Source: a virus (taxonomy: Duplodnaviria; Heunggongvirae; Uroviricota; Caudoviricetes). Taken from it: a stretch of DNA of 64,000 nt. Shown here piece by piece: positions 61,178-64,000 of the stretch. The DNA lies in IMG/VR virus record IMGVR_UViG_3300032315_001694; one strand, written 5' to 3'. The first letter of the stretch is position 1, and each line of letters opens with the position of its first letter. A program made the translations under genes and the position numbers. The notes below the pieces were generated by a model. It was not told where the DNA came from. It was given only the letters and a program-made list of their open reading frames with translations, and searched no databases.

Positions 61178-64000
61178 TTATATTTCTATAATTGAAACCA
61201 TAATATCTCGAACTCTTGCCGTATTTGTTCCTGCACCAACACTTGCTAAACTAATATCCACCCATATTGCAGTTCCAACAGATAGTCCAGATACAATACC
61301 ATTCAAAGTAAATGGAAAAATCTCGCCCGCATCCCGATTGAACATCCGAATTAATGTTCCAACAGTTGTACCTGTTAAAGCCGCCCCATTTGCAGGAGCA
61401 GCTCCGGTACCATATCTCATTTGGACATTAGCACCTCGACTATTTGTAGCATTATCACCATCTCCAGATAAAATTATCATTATCTTTCCAGTTCTTGTTG
61501 GTGTAAAACTTACTGTACTACCAAGACCCATCATAACACCAGCAGTCGATGTTGTTGTATTTGGATTTGCTGGTAAGAAATATCCAGTTGTATTAACTAC
61601 AGATCCTGTTGGACCTTGGAATCCTTGATTACCCTGGAATCCTTGATTGCCCTGGAATCCTTGTGGTCCGGTTGGACCTTGAATACCTTGTAAACCCTGG
61701 AATCCTTGAGGACCTGTTGGGCCTTGGAAACCTTGATTACCTTGGAATCCTTGTGGACCAGTTGGACCTTGACGGCCTTGAAACCCTTGTGGTCCTTGGA
61801 ATCCTTGATTACCTTGGAACCCTTGAGGACCAGTTGGGCCTTGAATACCTTGTAAACCTTGTGGTCCTTGGAATCCTTGATTACCTTGGAACCCTTGAGG
61901 ACCAGTTGGTCCTTGAATACCTTGTAAACCCTGAGGACCTTGGAATCCTTGATTACCTTGGAACCCTTGAGGACCAGTTGGACCTTGAAGACCTTGGAAA
62001 CCTTGAGGACCTTGAAAACCTTGATCACCCTGAAATCCTTGTGAACCTGTTGGTCCTTGAATACCTTGTAAACCTTGAGGTCCTTGGAACCCTTGATTAC
62101 CCTGGAACCCTTGAGGACCTGTTGGTCCTTGAATACCCTGTAAACCTTGAGGACCTTGGAAACCTTGATCACCTTGAAATCCTTGCGGACCAGTTGGGCC
62201 TTGGAATCCTTGGTTACCCTGGAATCCTTGAGAACCTTGAGCACCAACAGCACCCACAGCACCAGCTAGATTTATAGTCCAAGATGAATATGTTTTACCA
62301 CCTGAATATGTTGCTGATGTGGAATCTATAATTATCTCACCAGAATTAGAATTATATGAAACTACTGAACCTTGGAAATAATTATCCACATCATAAGATG
62401 TAATTGTTGACTGGTTTGTAGTATAAGATAAAGCTGTTCCGATTATTAATGAAGCAGTTGTGCCTACATCTGGAATCTCAAATGTAGTTGTACTTGTTGA
62501 TTGATATCTATCACTTACACCTTGGAAACCTTGAGGACCTACTAGACCTTGTGGGCCTTGATCACCCTTTAAACCTTGAAATCCTTGAGTACCAGTTGGA
62601 CCTTGAACTCCTTGGAATCCTTGGAATCCTTGATCGCCTTTTAAACCTTGGAATCCTTGAGGACCAGTTGGACCCTGAACTCCTTGGAATCCTTGATTAC
62701 CTTGGAATCCTTGAGGGCCTTGAACTCCTTGGAATCCTTGAGGACCTTGAACTCCTTGAGGACCAGTAGGACCTTGGAATCCTTGATCACCTTTAAAACC
62801 TTGGAAACCTTGAGAACCAGTTGGACCTTGAACTCCTTGGAAACCTTGATTACCTTGGAATCCTTGAGGGCCTTGAACTCCTTGGAATCCTTGATTACCT
62901 TGGAATCCTTGTGGACCAGTTGGTCCTTGGAAACCTTGATTACCTTGAAAACCTTGAGGTCCAGTTGGGCCTTGAACTCCTTGGAACCCTTGATTACCTT
63001 GGAATCCTTGAGGACCAGTTGGACCTTGAAACCCTTGATTACCTTGGAATCCTTGAGGACCAGTTGGACCTTGGAAACCTTGATTACCTTGGAAACCTTG
63101 TGGACCAGTTGCACCATTAATACCAATTGTACCATTGGTACCTTGAGGACCAGTCGGACCTTGAGGACCTGTATTAACTGGTTGAATTTGCCAAGTAGCA
63201 CTTGTAGCAGAAATAGCTACTAAGGTTTGACCAATACTTGGAGTAGATCCTGTTATAATTACTGGATTTCCCGCAGTTTTTAAGGCGTTTGCCTCAACAT
63301 AGTTAGATGACCCAGTAATTGTTTTATTTAATATAGAAGCTGTAGCTACTAATAACGTATCTAATTTTATTTTATCTGAAGCATCCATAAATCCAGCTGA
63401 TACTTGAGATGCGGTAGCATGTAAACTACCACCACTCAAATTACCGTGAGCGTGAATGTGATCCATTCTAGCAAAAGCATTCTGAACACCAATTAAATTA
63501 GTAGTTCCAATTGTTGATGGTGTTCCAGTTGTTAAAGCATCTAATCCAAGTGGTAAATGCCTTGAAGCATGTGTTGATATATTGACACCATTAATTGTAC
63601 TAACTCCAGTAATTGAATTACTTGCCATAATTAGATTACCTGACATACCTCTATTACCATTAACAAGTAAATATTGTGTGTGATCATCCTTATCAAGATT
63701 TAGTAATGATGAGTGATCCGCTGAGGCATTTATACCAGTAGCTTTGAAACCAATAACAGGTCTCTGATCTCTTATTTCAACTATATTTGAATTTCCCTCT
63801 TGTACTATAATACCTGCAACTAATGTAACACCTTCTATAAAATAACTTGGTGGAGTTGGTATATTACCATCTTGAGCATCAATTAGATTCTGATGCTGTT
63901 CTTGAGCATATACCATAAAGTATTTTTCTTCTGCATTATCACCTATGACATATAATGAATGTTTGGCATAATATGATGATGATAATCCAATTAAAGAATT
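61178..64000 (-). CDS. collagen-like triple-helix-repeat protein (putative fiber protein); reading frame stays open past the window edge, so likely 5'-partial
   Basis: Two long Gly-X-Y blocks (GPQGFQGNQGFQGPTGPQ...) separated by a non-collagenous segment; no in-frame stop between 63917 and 64000 on the minus strand. Confidence 0.7.
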   Translation of the reverse strand, partial: NSLIGLSSSYYAKHSLYVIGDNAEEKYFMVYAQEQHQNLIDAQDGNIPTPPSYFIEGVTLVAGIIVQEGNSNIVEIRDQRPVIGFKATGINASADHSSLLNLDKDDHTQYLLVNGNRGMSGNLIMASNSITGVSTINGVNISTHASRHLPLGLDALTTGTPSTIGTTNLIGVQNAFARMDHIHAHGNLSGGSLHATASQVSAGFMDASDKIKLDTLLVATASILNKTITGSSNYVEANALKTAGNPVIITGSTPSIGQTLVAISATSATWQIQPVNTGPQGPTGPQGTNGTIGINGATGPQGFQGNQGFQGPTGPQGFQGNQGFQGPTGPQGFQGNQGFQGVQGPTGPQGFQGNQGFQGPTGPQGFQGNQGFQGVQGPQGFQGNQGFQGVQGPTGSQGFQGFKGDQGFQGPTGPQGVQGPQGFQGVQGPQGFQGNQGFQGVQGPTGPQGFQGLKGDQGFQGFQGVQGPTGTQGFQGLKGDQGPQGLVGPQGFQGVSDRYQSTSTTTFEIPDVGTTASLIIGTALSYTTNQSTITSYDVDNYFQGSVVSYNSNSGEIIIDSTSATYSGGKTYSSWTINLAGAVGAVGAQGSQGFQGNQGFQGPTGPQGFQGDQGFQGPQGLQGIQGPTGPQGFQGNQGFQGPQGLQGIQGPTGSQGFQGDQGFQGPQGFQGLQGPTGPQGFQGNQGFQGPQGLQGIQGPTGPQGFQGNQGFQGPQGLQGIQGPTGPQGFQGNQGFQGPQGFQGRQGPTGPQGFQGNQGFQGPTGPQGFQGLQGIQGPTGPQGFQGNQGFQGNQGFQGPTGSVVNTTGYFLPANPNTTTSTAGVMMGLGSTVSFTPTRTGKIMIILSGDGDNATNSRGANVQMRYGTGAAPANGAALTGTTVGTLIRMFNRDAGEIFPFTLNGIVSGLSVGTAIWVDISLASVGAGTNTARVRDIMVSIIEI
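61600..63170. repeat. DNA-level tandem 9/18/27-nt periodic repeats encoding the collagen Gly-X-Y blocks
   Basis: Reiterated ccttggaatccttgattaccttggaa units; explains spurious all-frame ORFs on both strands. Confidence 0.8.

Noticed and set aside
61600-63230. Periodic repeats resembling a CRISPR-like array, and several long ORFs on both strands (61597..62262, 61609..62277, 62488..62769, 62641..63201, 62648..63223, 62821..63120)
   Set aside because: Repeats are 9/18/27-nt in-frame Gly-X-Y codon repeats with no unique spacers. The extra ORFs are frame artefacts of low-complexity repeat DNA inside the collagen-like gene.
1-64000. Possibility that the window comes from a eukaryotic giant virus (Mimiviridae-like), given the AT-richness, collagen repeats, NAD-dependent ligase, aminoacyl-tRNA synthetases and tRNAs
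   Set aside because: Intergenic regions carry classic bacterial rho-independent terminators and Bacteroidetes TAnnTTTG promoters. Genes are tightly packed with 4-nt start/stop overlaps. SmpB, IF-3, S1, sigma factor and ClpP are bacterial-type. A bacteriophage is far more consistent.

Overview
Overall this is a 64-kb piece of a large virulent dsDNA phage. The sequence is very AT-rich, roughly 30% GC by eye, and gene-dense on both strands in alternating blocks. It uses bacterial rho-independent terminators (GC hairpin followed by a T-run). The motif TAnnTTTG recurs within a few nt of start codons; this is the Bacteroidetes sigma-A -7 element, with near-leaderless spacing. I therefore rejected a eukaryotic giant virus despite the collagen repeats, NAD-dependent ligase and aminoacyl-tRNA synthetases, and inferred a Bacteroidetes-type host. 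Recognisable content: (i) a virion block with two very large proteins (1613 and 1057 aa) and a 5'-partial collagen-like Gly-X-Y protein; (ii) replication and DNA-metabolism genes: TOPRIM primase, NAD-dependent DNA ligase, Dam-class methyltransferase, Nudix hydrolase, thioredoxin, an ECF-like sigma factor, and three freestanding nuclease-type genes (HNH, Vsr/DUF559-like, T5orf172); (iii) a dense translation-related module: a 16-element tRNA array, asparaginyl-tRNA synthetase, a truncated arginyl-tRNA-synthetase-like protein, IF-3, SmpB followed by a promoter-driven tRNA-like ncRNA, a GatB/YqeY protein, a ribosomal-protein-S1-like protein, a SlyD-type FKBP isomerase and a ClpP-family protease; (iv) a minimal Rnl2-type RNA ligase next to a HAD phosphatase. 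The most striking feature is a paralogous family of at least 18 genes whose products share an N-terminal signature M-K-x-[LI]-K-x-F-[NK]-E-S; this resembles the capsid-targeting sequence of T4 internal proteins. All calls rest on reading motifs by eye. No searches, tRNA scans or folding programs were run. tRNA anticodon assignments, and whether three of the tRNA-like elements are genuine tRNAs, need tRNAscan-SE or ARAGORN.
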